This document shows, piece after piece, positions 17,806-26,261 of a stretch of 42,222 nucleotides of DNA. Below the pieces are notes generated by a model. The model ran no database searches and was not told where the DNA came from. It saw only the letters and a list, made by a program, of their open reading frames with translations. Location of the stretch: positions 1-42,222 of the forward strand of contig JANMCU010000038.1 of the NCBI GenBank assembly GCA_031361415.1. The letters run 5' to 3'. A program made the translations under genes and the position numbers. This DNA is from Chloroflexota bacterium (GTDB taxonomy: Bacteria > Chloroflexota > Limnocylindria > Limnocylindrales > CSP1-4). Numbering within the stretch: position 1 is the stretch's first letter; each line of letters begins with the position of its first letter.

Positions 17806-19053
17806 TCATACGAGGAAGCTGGTCGCAGGGTTCGCTTCGAGCAGGATCGGGCGGTCGATCGTGAACCGCTCCAGCTCGCCGGCCGACGGCGTCGAGCCGT
17901 CGACGACGAGCTCGGCCAGGATCCGGCCCAGCACCGACGCGAACTTGAACGCGTGGGCCGCGCCGAGGGCGACCAGGACCCCGGGCACGTCCGGCAGGCG
18001 ATCGACGACGAAGTCGCGATCCGGCGTCAGCGTGTACAGGCACGTCTTCGTCAGGATCTCCGGCCCGACGTGCTCGGGCAGATGGCGTTCGAGGAAGTCG
18101 GTCAGCCGCCGGAAGCCGACCTCGTTGCGCTCGAACGTCCGGGTGGCCGGCGTCACCTCGTCGCCGCCGACGTCCTCGGCCGCCTTGGGTCCTTCTTCGC
18201 CGTAGGTCGGGAAACCGTAGAACGACGGGTCGTCCATCCAGATCCAGATCGGGAACCGTTCGGGGGCGAACCGCGCGGGGTCGGCGACCGCGAAGTACGT
18301 GACCTGAGCCTGGATGATCGTCAGCGGCAGCCGCCGGTCGAACGACGCAAGGAGCTCGTTCGTCCAGGCGTCGGCAGCGAGAACGACGTGCGGGGCGCGG
18401 TGACGGGAGCCATCGGCGAGCTCGACCTCGATGCCCCCGCCGGCGAGCTCGCGGAGCGCGGCGACGGGCGCGTGCTCGAGCAGGGTCGCGCCGTGAGCCC
18501 TGGCGAGGCGCTGATGGGCGGCGTTGCCCAGGTTCGGGTCGGCGATCCCCGCGTCGGCCTGGTACAGCCCGTGGTGTTCGTCGCCGAGACGCCACTGCGG
18601 CCAGCGCCGGCTGATCTCTGGTCCGGCGAGGTGCTCGAACGGGACGCTCTCGGTGGCCATCGCGTGCATGTAGTCGTGGAGCGGGATCGCCGCCTCGCGC
18701 GGCCCGATGTCGAGGCCGCCGGTCGTCGTGACGATCCTGGTCCCGCTTTCGGCCTCGACCTCGGCCCAGCTCTCGTAGGCCCGCCGGGCGAGGCGGATGT
18801 AGTCGGGCCGGTGGTACGACAGCCGGATGATCCGGCTGTGATCCTGGCCCGCGCCGTTGCCGTGGCCGAGCTCGAACTGCTCGAGCCCGAGGACCCGATC
18901 CCCGAGCCGGCGGCTCAGCCAGAATGCCGCCCCGGAGCCGATCGCTCCGAGCCCGACCACGATCGCGTCCCAGTCGTTGCGCACGCCTGCGATCGTAGCC
19001 GGGCGCGTTCGCCGCCCGCCCACCCGTCGCGCGAGATGGTGGCCGCCGGTCAT
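17806..19053 (-). CDS. FAD-dependent monomeric sarcosine oxidase / N-methyl-amino-acid oxidase (MSOX family)
   Basis: Dinucleotide-binding motif DAIVVGLGAIGSGAAFWL. The MSOX-type covalent-flavin Cys context is KTCLYTLTPDRDFVVD, and GAAHAFKFASVLG lies near the C-terminus. The start is uncertain: ATG at 19053 or GTG at 18984. Confidence 0.75.
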   Translation of the reverse strand: MTGGHHLARRVGGRRTRPATIAGVRNDWDAIVVGLGAIGSGAAFWLSRRLGDRVLGLEQFELGHGNGAGQDHSRIIRLSYHRPDYIRLARRAYESWAEVEAESGTRIVTTTGGLDIGPREAAIPLHDYMHAMATESVPFEHLAGPEISRRWPQWRLGDEHHGLYQADAGIADPNLGNAAHQRLARAHGATLLEHAPVAALRELAGGGIEVELADGSRHRAPHVVLAADAWTNELLASFDRRLPLTIIQAQVTYFAVADPARFAPERFPIWIWMDDPSFYGFPTYGEEGPKAAEDVGGDEVTPATRTFERNEVGFRRLTDFLERHLPEHVGPEILTKTCLYTLTPDRDFVVDRLPDVPGVLVALGAAHAFKFASVLGRILAELVVDGSTPSAGELERFTIDRPILLEANPATSFLV

Positions 19054-19082
19054 CCGGCGGGGGTGTTCGCGCGACCTGAATC

Positions 19083-19130
19083 TTGACGTGCGCATCGCTG
19101 TGCGCCAACCTGTGCGCATGAACGTGCGCA
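19083..19130 (+). promoter_or_regulatory. Putative vapBC promoter/operator: four GTGCGC(A/C) boxes at exact 12-bp spacing
   Basis: TTGACG at 19083-19088. GTGCGCA, GTGCGCC, GTGCGCA and GTGCGCA start at 19088, 19100, 19112 and 19124, and the core TGCGCA is palindromic. The array spans the vapB start codon (19118). Confidence 0.55.
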
Positions 19131-19378
19131 CGAACCTGCTGCTGCCCAGGGAGCTCGTCGACGAGGTCGACCATTTCGCGGGTGAGCGCGGCCGGAGCCG
19201 CTACGTCGCGGAGGCGCTCCGGGCGCGCCTCAAGCGCGACCGCCTGAAGGAGGCGATGGAGCGAACGGCGGGAGTGCTCCAAGCCGAGGACTACCCCGAG
19301 TGGTCGACCTCGGAAAAGGTCGTCGAGTGGGTTCGCGCTCGACGCGCCGAAACGACCGATCCGGGACCGGAGGCCTGA
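19118..19378 (+). CDS. vapB: Ribbon-helix-helix (CopG/VapB-type) antitoxin
   Basis: MNVRTNLLLPRELVDEVDHFAGERGRSRYVAEALRARLKRD is a typical RHH N-terminus. The gene ends 1 nt before the PIN toxin gene. Confidence 0.85.
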   Translation: MNVRTNLLLPRELVDEVDHFAGERGRSRYVAEALRARLKRDRLKEAMERTAGVLQAEDYPEWSTSEKVVEWVRARRAETTDPGPEA

Positions 19379-19379
19379 C

Positions 19380-19760
19380 ATGCGGCTCGTGCTTGACTCG
19401 ACCTTCCTGATCGACCATCTGCGCGGCGAACGCGAGGCGGTCGAGATGCTAGCGCGGATCTTCGAGAACGGGCACGACCCGATCGTGACGGAGGTCATCG
19501 TCTGCGAGGTCCGAGCCGGTCTCCTGCCCGAGGCGGAACGCCACCTGGTGGCACTGCTTGAACCGATGGAATTTGTCCAACCCGATCCCGCCACGGCAAT
19601 GCGGGCGGGGCGATGGCGGGCCGAGCTCCATGCCCGAGGCCGAACGCTCAGCCTCGCCGACTCGCTGATCGCCGCGGCGGCCGATTCGATGGGCGCGAGT
19701 GTTCTGACGCGAAACGTCCGCGACTTCTCGCTGACTCCAGTTCCGGTCGAGACCTACTGA
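19380..19760 (+). CDS. vapC: PIN-domain ribonuclease toxin VapC
   Basis: 126 aa: MRLVLDSTFLIDHL (first acidic residue), TEVIVCEV, LSLADSLIAAAA, VLTRNVRDF. This is the canonical PIN acidic quartet layout. Confidence 0.9.
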   Translation: MRLVLDSTFLIDHLRGEREAVEMLARIFENGHDPIVTEVIVCEVRAGLLPEAERHLVALLEPMEFVQPDPATAMRAGRWRAELHARGRTLSLADSLIAAAADSMGASVLTRNVRDFSLTPVPVETY

Positions 19761-20434
19761 GCCAGCACGTACTCGCGGGTCTCGACGAGCTCGACCCGGC
19801 CGCCGATCTCGATCGTGCCGTCGGGCTGCGGCCGGACGAGGATCTCGGACCCGACGCCCTGGCGGATCGTGAGCGGCCGGTCGAGGAGGCCACCCATGAC
19901 GACCGCGGCCGCCCCGGTCGCTTCATCCTCGACGACGCCCAGGTCGATCGCGAAGTAGCGCGAGCGAAGGACGCCAGCGGCTTCGTCGATCCACGCCCAA
20001 ACGTAGCGGCCGGGCTCGCCCACTTGCTGGACCGGGGCGTCTTCGACGGCCTTCGGACTCTCGAGCTTGTCCACGTTGATCCTGTGGACCCAGTCGGGCC
20101 GAGCCTGGATCCACGTTCGTTCCGAGTCGTGGCGGAACGGCACCTCGCCGGCCGGCGGACGGAGGATCGTGGCGGGCGCGCCCGATTCGTGAAGCAGCCA
20201 AGCCGTCCCGACCGTGGGATGACCGGCGAACGGCAGCTCGCGACCGGGCGTGAAGATCCGGATCGCGCCCTCGGAGGCGTCGTCGACGAAGACCGTCTCG
20301 GAAAACCCGAGGTCGATCGTCACCGCCTGGCGCCGGTCCTCCGGGATCGCCGGACCGTCGAGGAAGACCCCGAGCGGATTGCCGCCGCGGCCATCCGGTC
20401 CGGTGAAGACGCGCAGGACGTGGAGCTCGGTCAT
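19754..20434 (-). CDS. PhzF family isomerase-like protein (short form)
   Basis: VFTGPDGRGGNPLGVF, LGFSETVFV, IRIFTPGRELPFAGHPTVGTAWLL and EDEATGAAAVV match the PhzF/DAP-epimerase-like fold. At 226 aa it is shorter than typical. Its 3' end overlaps the vapC 3' end by 7 nt (convergent). Confidence 0.7.
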   Translation of the reverse strand: MTELHVLRVFTGPDGRGGNPLGVFLDGPAIPEDRRQAVTIDLGFSETVFVDDASEGAIRIFTPGRELPFAGHPTVGTAWLLHESGAPATILRPPAGEVPFRHDSERTWIQARPDWVHRINVDKLESPKAVEDAPVQQVGEPGRYVWAWIDEAAGVLRSRYFAIDLGVVEDEATGAAAVVMGGLLDRPLTIRQGVGSEILVRPQPDGTIEIGGRVELVETREYVLAQ

Positions 20435-21030
20435 GAGAGGTCCCTCTCGGTCGGGGGGCCGCCGGTCGCGCGGTCGAGCGCGATCCGCTGGAGGCCCATG
20501 ATTGTCATCGCGTCGGTGATCCGGCCGTCGGTGGTCATCGCGAGCGCTTCGTCGAACGGCACCCAGCGGATGGCGAGCTCCTCGCTCGGCTCTGGAGACG
20601 CGACGCCGAGGCTGGTCGCGTGGGCCGCGAAAATGACGCCGGCCTCATCGCTGATCGAGTTCGACAGGTGGAACCGGATGATCTCCCGCCAGCCGTCGGC
20701 CTCGACCCCGGTTTCCTCGCGGACCTCGCGCCGCGCGCCGTCGAGGGCGGGTTCCTCGTCCGGGACGCCGCCCTCGGGGATCTCCCAGGAGTACGCATCG
20801 AGGGTGTAGCGGTGCTGGCCGACGAGGAGCACGCGGTCGTCGTCGTCGAGGACCACGGCGCCGACAGCAAGGTTCGCGAAATGGACGACCCCGTAGATGC
20901 CGGTGCTGCCGTCGGGCCGGGCGACGTCGTCGTGCCAGACAGTGACCCACGGATTGTCGTACGCGACGCGCCGAGAGCGGCGGGTCCACGGCCCGACGCG
21001 CTCGGCCAGCTCGAAATCGGAATCCGTCAT
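20431..21030 (-). CDS. NUDIX hydrolase (ADP-ribose pyrophosphatase-like)
   Basis: NUDIX box GGVPDEEPALDGARREVREETGV in the C-terminal 199 aa of the 618-aa ORF. The start is at MTDSDFELAERV. There is a 4-nt overlap with the downstream PhzF-like gene. Confidence 0.85.
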   Translation of the reverse strand: MTDSDFELAERVGPWTRRSRRVAYDNPWVTVWHDDVARPDGSTGIYGVVHFANLAVGAVVLDDDDRVLLVGQHRYTLDAYSWEIPEGGVPDEEPALDGARREVREETGVEADGWREIIRFHLSNSISDEAGVIFAAHATSLGVASPEPSEELAIRWVPFDEALAMTTDGRITDAMTIMGLQRIALDRATGGPPTERDLS

Positions 21031-21096
21031 GGCGGCATCGTCGCACGGCCCGGGCGGCCCGGTCGCGGCCGACGGCGGCGCCCCTATGCTCGGCCG

Positions 21097-23208
21097 GTGA
21101 CCGACCCGATCGCCACGATCGACGCGACGGACGCCGAGCGCCTTCGCCCGACGAGCCAGCCGATCCACCGCGTCACGACGCTCCACGATGTCCGGATCCG
21201 GGTCTCGGACGGCCTCGAGCTGTCGGCCAACCTGTGGCTGCCGGAGCCACCCGCGGATGGATCCGGGCCGAGCGTCTTCCCCGCGATCCTCGAGATGATC
21301 CCGTACCGCAAGGACGATTGGCGCGCGGCGAGTGACGAGAGCCGCGGCGAGTGGCTCGCGGCGCGCGGCTTCGCCCTGTGCCGGCTCGACATCCGGGGCA
21401 CGGGCTCGTCGCCCGGGATCGCCCTCGACGAGTACACCGCCCGCGAGACCGAGGATGGATACGACGCCGTCGAGTGGCTGGCCGCGCAACCGTGGTCCAA
21501 CGGCAAGGTCGGGATGTGGGGCATCTCGTACGGCGGATTCAGCGCGATCCAGGTCGCGCTCCTCCACCCGCCGCACCTTGCCGCGATCGTGCCGATGATG
21601 GCCACCGACGACCGTTACACCGACGACGTCCATTACCTCGGCGGTTGTGCAACGGTGTCCGAGCTCTCGCAGTACGCGGTGAGCATGGTCGGGATGAATG
21701 CGCTGCCCCCACGGCCCGAATATCGCGGCGCGGCGTGGCGGGACGAGTGGCGCGACCGCCTCGAACGGACGCCGATCTGGCTCTACGAGTGGCTCCGTCA
21801 GCAGCAGGATGGACCCTATTGGCGGCAGGGCTCGCTCGCGCCGCACTGGGATCGGTTGACGACGCCGATGTTCCTGATCGGCGGCTGGATGGACGAATAC
21901 GTCGATGCCGCGATGCGGATGCTCGAGCGCTGCACGAATGCGCCGCGTCGGGCCCTGATCGGGAACTGGGTCCACGACCTGCCGGACGACGCGTACCCGG
22001 GCCCGAATGTCGACTGGTACCACGAGATGGTCCGATTCTTCGACCACTGGCTGAAGGACGTCGACAACGGCGTCATGGACGAGCCCGCGTTCATCGCCTT
22101 CCGCCACGAGTGGGCCGAGCCCGAGCCGTTCCCCGCGGCGTGGCCGGGTGAGTGGATCGCCGAAGAGCGGTGGCCGCCGGCAGACCTCGGTAGGCGAGTC
22201 CTCCACCTCGCGGCGGGCGAGGATCCGCTGGCCGGCCGTCTGGCCGCAGAGCCATCGGCTGACCCGGCCGTCGAGCGGTTCCGCCACCGCGCGACGATCG
22301 GCACGCGGGCGGGCCTGTCATGGGGCGCGGGCGGCCAGCCGAACGGCGTCGCGCGCGATCTTCGTCCCGACGACGCGCTCTGCCCGACATTCACCTCCGA
22401 GCCGCTCGACGCCGACCTCGACGTGGTCGGGGTCACGTCCGTGGTCCTCCGCTGGGAATCGCCGGTTCCGGTCGCGACCGCCGTCGTCCGGCTCCAGGAC
22501 GTCGCCCCGGACGGGACGCCGTGCCAGGTCAGCGCCGGGATCCTGAACCTGACCCACCGCTCGTCCCACACGGCCCCCGAGCCGCTCGAGCTCGGCGTCG
22601 TCACGGAGGTCCGGATCAACCTTCGCGCGACGGCCCACCGATTCGGGGCGGGCCACCGGATCCGGCTGTCGGTCGCTTCGTCGATGTGGCCGGTCGTCTG
22701 GCCATCGCCGTTCCCGGCCGAGTACGGGCTCCACCTGGGCGGCGACCCGACCACGGGCTCCCGCCTGCTGATCCCGATCATGCCAATCGACCACCTCGGC
22801 GCGACGGTCCCGCCGTTCAAGACGACGTCCGCGGGCCTGCGTGAGGTCGGCTCGTACGTCGGCGACGCGCCGATCTGGCAGGTGATCGAGGACGTGATCG
22901 ACGGCTCGGTGACCGTGCTGACGAGCGAGTTCGGCGAGTCGACGCTGCCCGACGGCCGGACGACCCTGTACACCGGCGAGCGTCTCGAGATGACCGCCCG
23001 CGACGCCGACCCGGCCCACGCCCGGATGCACAACGACGTCGTCTACCGGCTGCGCGATGGCGACTCCGAGATCCTGGTCGAGGCCAGCGGCACGACCCGG
23101 ACCACCGCCACGGACTTCCAGATGGAGGTTGGTCTTCGGGTCAGCCTCGACGGCGCCCTGTTCTTCGAGCGCGACTGGGACGAGACCATCCCCCGCCGCC
23201 TCGTCTAG
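21097..23208 (+). CDS. CocE/NonD family hydrolase (peptidase S15, X-Pro dipeptidyl-peptidase-like)
   Basis: PAILEMIPYRKDD, RGTGSSPG, nucleophile region VGMWGISYGGFSAIQVA and a C-terminal beta-sandwich domain. The first in-frame start after the divergent NUDIX gene is GTG at 21097. Confidence 0.85.
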   Translation: MTDPIATIDATDAERLRPTSQPIHRVTTLHDVRIRVSDGLELSANLWLPEPPADGSGPSVFPAILEMIPYRKDDWRAASDESRGEWLAARGFALCRLDIRGTGSSPGIALDEYTARETEDGYDAVEWLAAQPWSNGKVGMWGISYGGFSAIQVALLHPPHLAAIVPMMATDDRYTDDVHYLGGCATVSELSQYAVSMVGMNALPPRPEYRGAAWRDEWRDRLERTPIWLYEWLRQQQDGPYWRQGSLAPHWDRLTTPMFLIGGWMDEYVDAAMRMLERCTNAPRRALIGNWVHDLPDDAYPGPNVDWYHEMVRFFDHWLKDVDNGVMDEPAFIAFRHEWAEPEPFPAAWPGEWIAEERWPPADLGRRVLHLAAGEDPLAGRLAAEPSADPAVERFRHRATIGTRAGLSWGAGGQPNGVARDLRPDDALCPTFTSEPLDADLDVVGVTSVVLRWESPVPVATAVVRLQDVAPDGTPCQVSAGILNLTHRSSHTAPEPLELGVVTEVRINLRATAHRFGAGHRIRLSVASSMWPVVWPSPFPAEYGLHLGGDPTTGSRLLIPIMPIDHLGATVPPFKTTSAGLREVGSYVGDAPIWQVIEDVIDGSVTVLTSEFGESTLPDGRTTLYTGERLEMTARDADPAHARMHNDVVYRLRDGDSEILVEASGTTRTTATDFQMEVGLRVSLDGALFFERDWDETIPRRLV

Positions 23209-23306
23209 GCCCGGGCCTACCGGCGATCCAGGATCGTCGCATCGGACGGACCGGGCACGAGCAACCAGAGGTCGAGCTTCACGGCCGAGAGCCTACTATT
23301 CGCGCG

Positions 23307-24476
23307 ATGCTCAGGATCAGTCGCAAAGCCGAATCCTTCACCGAGTCCGTGATCCGCGAGATGAACCGCCTCGCGGTCGCGGCCGGCGCGGTCAGCCTCG
23401 CCCAGGGCTTTCCCGACTTCGCCTGCCCGCCCGAGCTCAAGGCCGCCGTCACCGAGGCCGTCAACGCCGACCATAACCAGTACGCGATCACCTTCGGCGC
23501 GAAGCCGCTGCGCGACGCCATCGCCGCCAAGACCGTCCGCTTCCAGCCCGATTGGGTCGTCGATCCGGATACCCAGATCACCGTCGTCAACGGCGCGACC
23601 GAAGGGATGATCGCGGCGATGCTCGGCCTGCTCGACCCCGGCGACGAGGTCGTCGTATTCGAGCCGTTCTACGAAAACTACGGCCCCGACGCGATCCTGA
23701 CCGGAGCGATTCCGCGCTACGTCACCCTCCACGAGCCCGACTGGCGAATCGATCCGGACGAGCTCCGGGCCGCAGTCACGTCTCGGACCCGGGCGATCGT
23801 CGTGAACTCGCCCCACAATCCGACGGGCAAGGTGTTCACCCGCGCCGAGCTGGACCTGATCGCCGATCTGTGCCGCGAACACGACCTGATCGCCTTCACC
23901 GACGACATCTACCAGCACCTGGTGTACGAAGGCGAACACATCCCGCTCGCGACCCTGCCCGGGATGGCCGAGCGGACCGTCTCGATCGACTCGATGTCGA
24001 AGACGTACTCGGTCACGGGCTGGCGGGTCGGCTGGGTGATCGCGTCGCCCGCGTTGACCGTCGGCGTCCGGCGCGTCCATGACTTCCTGACCGTCGGCGC
24101 GGCGGCCCCCCTCCAGCAGGCGGCGGTCGCCGGGCTGACGATGGCCGACGCCTACTACGACGCGCTCCTGGCCGGTTATCGCGAGCGCCGCGACCTGCTC
24201 CTGCCCGCCCTCGCGGCCGCCGGCTTCCGGGCGAGCCCTCCGGCGGGCGCCTACTACGTCATGACCGACATCCGCGACCTGACCGACGAGGACGACGTCA
24301 CCTTCGCGCGCCGGCTCATCGCCGACCTCGGGGTGGCGGCCGTCCCCGGATCCTCGTTCTTCTCACGTCCAGAGCTCGGCCGGACGAAGCTCCGGTTCGC
24401 GTTCCCGAAGCGGCTGGAGACCCTCCGCGCAGCCGCCGACCGGCTGGCGGCGCTGGCGCAGGCGACGCGCGCCTGA
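23307..24476 (+). CDS. Class I/II PLP-dependent aminotransferase (MtnE/YbdL/kynurenine-aminotransferase-like)
   Basis: QGFPDF, NQYAITFG, VVNSPHNPTGKVF and the PLP-lysine motif SMSKTYSVTGWRVGW. Confidence 0.9.
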   Translation: MLRISRKAESFTESVIREMNRLAVAAGAVSLAQGFPDFACPPELKAAVTEAVNADHNQYAITFGAKPLRDAIAAKTVRFQPDWVVDPDTQITVVNGATEGMIAAMLGLLDPGDEVVVFEPFYENYGPDAILTGAIPRYVTLHEPDWRIDPDELRAAVTSRTRAIVVNSPHNPTGKVFTRAELDLIADLCREHDLIAFTDDIYQHLVYEGEHIPLATLPGMAERTVSIDSMSKTYSVTGWRVGWVIASPALTVGVRRVHDFLTVGAAAPLQQAAVAGLTMADAYYDALLAGYRERRDLLLPALAAAGFRASPPAGAYYVMTDIRDLTDEDDVTFARRLIADLGVAAVPGSSFFSRPELGRTKLRFAFPKRLETLRAAADRLAALAQATRA

Positions 24477-24502
24477 CCCTGCGGGTGCAGCGGGCCTCAG
24501 GC
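24471..24502. terminator. Imperfect hairpin spanning both stop codons of convergent genes
   Basis: GCCTGA (24471-24476, includes the aminotransferase TGA) pairs with TCAGGC (24497-24502, includes the DUF3307 gene stop). The inner CCC-TGC/GCA-GGG pairing has a bulge. Confidence 0.35.
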
Positions 24503-25564
24503 GAGGAGGACGCCAAGGGCCGCCCGGCCGATGAGGGCCGTCACGATCGCGACCGACACGCTGGCCAGCGTACCGAGCAGGTAGTACTCGGCGAAATCGC
24601 GATCGTCGAGGAGCCGGAACCGGGCGAGCGTCTTGGCAGCGACGACGAACCCGATCGCGATGTCCGTGCCGGTCAGGACGAAGACGACGATCAGGACCCG
24701 CTCGAGGATGCCGATCGTCGAGCCCACCCGGGCATTGGGGCCGAGGGGTGCCGGCGGCGGCGCGCTCGACCGCACCTCGACCGGAGCGGCCTCGGGCTCG
24801 GCCGTGATCCGCGCGTCGATCGGGCCGAGCCGGATCGACCAGCGCCGCGGCCCGCTTGCGGGCGACAGGGACGGAGGCGCGACCGGGCCGGCCGCGGCAA
24901 ACCCCTCGCCCGCCGCGACTGCCGGCGCGGCCCGGCTACCCCAGCGCTGGTCACCGTCGGCGGAACCCTCCACCGGACGGACGAGGATGCCGACGAACAG
25001 CGACGCGGCCCGGACATTGACGATCAGCAGGATTAGCCCGACGACGAAGACGCTCGCGATCTGGTGGACCGCAGCTCGATCGTGCGTGCCGAGCGCCCAG
25101 TTCACGACATCGACCCAGCCCTGCTGGAGGCTGGCCGCCGGCGGGATCGTCGCCCAGGCGATCCCGATCAGCGCGAGGTGGGCGGCCTGGTCGGCGAGAA
25201 ACAGCGCGGCCGGTCGCGGTGTCCAGGCGCGGCCCAGATGCTCGGGCGGCGGCGGGCTCTCGTGCCGGGAATGGGCCGCGGCGAGGGCGGCCCCGACCGA
25301 CCGCCGGGTCAGGACGACCTTGACCCTGTCGATCACCACGTGCCCGATCGCCACGATCGCGACGAACGTCCAGCCGAAACTGCCGTACGCCAGCCCGATC
25401 GGCGCCGTGCAGACCGCGACGATCAGCCCGTGGGCGACGAGCCCTCCCATGGCCCGGCGGCCGCGTCCTGCCTTCGCGAGCGCCACCCCGCCGGTCTGGA
25501 GGATGAAGTCGGCGGCCACATGGGCGAGGACGAGCCACGCGATGACGAGAACGGGGTCGGCCAT
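24497..25564 (-). CDS. DUF3307-type polytopic membrane protein (long form with a disordered central loop)
   Basis: The start at MADPVLVIAWLVLAHVAADFILQT (typical DUF3307 N-terminus) overlaps the SatD-like stop by 1 nt (TGATG). There are several TM segments and an A/P-rich loop. The conserved C-terminal block is AAKTLARFRLLDDRDFAEYYLLGTLASV. Confidence 0.65.
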   Translation of the reverse strand: MADPVLVIAWLVLAHVAADFILQTGGVALAKAGRGRRAMGGLVAHGLIVAVCTAPIGLAYGSFGWTFVAIVAIGHVVIDRVKVVLTRRSVGAALAAAHSRHESPPPPEHLGRAWTPRPAALFLADQAAHLALIGIAWATIPPAASLQQGWVDVVNWALGTHDRAAVHQIASVFVVGLILLIVNVRAASLFVGILVRPVEGSADGDQRWGSRAAPAVAAGEGFAAAGPVAPPSLSPASGPRRWSIRLGPIDARITAEPEAAPVEVRSSAPPPAPLGPNARVGSTIGILERVLIVVFVLTGTDIAIGFVVAAKTLARFRLLDDRDFAEYYLLGTLASVSVAIVTALIGRAALGVLLA

Positions 25565-26196
25565 CAGGGACGAACCGTGGCCCGCGCGAGCAAAATCCGG
25601 ATGACGCCGGCGAGCTCCCCGATCGAGCGGAGATGGGCCCGGTCGGCCGCGACCGAGATCGTCGCCCGAGTCACCCCAAGCCGCTCGGCGGCCTCGGATC
25701 GGCGCAACCCTTCGACCAGGATCGGCCACGCGATCTCGCGCTGCCGGTCGGTCAGGTCGGCGAGCAGGTCGCCGAGCAGCGGCCCGAGAGGGTCGAGGAG
25801 ATCGTCGGTCGGTGGGTCGCCACTGACGACCGCCAGCCGCTCGCGCCGGGTCGCCGCGATCGCCAGCCGCTCGCGGGCGGTGATGAATGCCGGCCCGCTC
25901 CGTTGCGTCGCCGGGCCGTGGCCCGGGTCGACCTCACCGGCCACGATGACCCAGCGCATCGGCACCGCGTCGGAGTGGAGGCTGGCGCGCAGGATCGCCC
26001 GCATCGGATCCGCCTTCAGCCGGAGCAGGCCCTGGAGCTCGTCGCCCTGGGTGAACTCGAACAGGGCCAGCCGCTCGTCATCCGGGAACGCCTCGGTCAG
26101 GTCCGCCGTCAGCGCCCGCAACCATGCCGTGGCCGCGATCGGTTCGCGACGGGACCGGATGACATCGCCGAACAGCACCAGGGCGGGCACCGCCAA
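25564..26196 (-). CDS. SatD-like protein: N-terminal nucleotide-cyclase-like fold domain plus C-terminal sigma-70 region 4/LuxR-type HTH
   Basis: ALVLFGDVIRSRR at the N-terminus and FTQGDELQGLL recall the SatD family. C-terminal HTH: LTDRQREIAWPILVEGLRRSEAAERLGVTRATISVAADRAHL. TTG start. The family assignment is from memory, not from a search. Confidence 0.55.
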   Translation of the reverse strand: MAVPALVLFGDVIRSRREPIAATAWLRALTADLTEAFPDDERLALFEFTQGDELQGLLRLKADPMRAILRASLHSDAVPMRWVIVAGEVDPGHGPATQRSGPAFITARERLAIAATRRERLAVVSGDPPTDDLLDPLGPLLGDLLADLTDRQREIAWPILVEGLRRSEAAERLGVTRATISVAADRAHLRSIGELAGVIRILLARATVRP

Positions 26197-26213
26197 AGGC
26201 TATCCGACCACGA

Positions 26214-26261
26214 ATTAGCCGTCAATGGCTAATACTCAACCAATTAGCCGTCGACGGCTAG
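26214..26261. promoter_or_regulatory. Twin palindromic operator-like sites upstream of the SatD-like gene
   Basis: Site 1 is ATTAGCC-GTCAAT-GGCTAAT (26214-26233). Site 2 is TAGCCGTCGACGGCTA (26245-26260), a perfect 16-bp palindrome. The sites share AATTAGCCGTC and are offset by 30 bp. They sit in the 61-bp gap between the flavoprotein stop (26258-26260) and the SatD-like start (26196). Confidence 0.6.
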
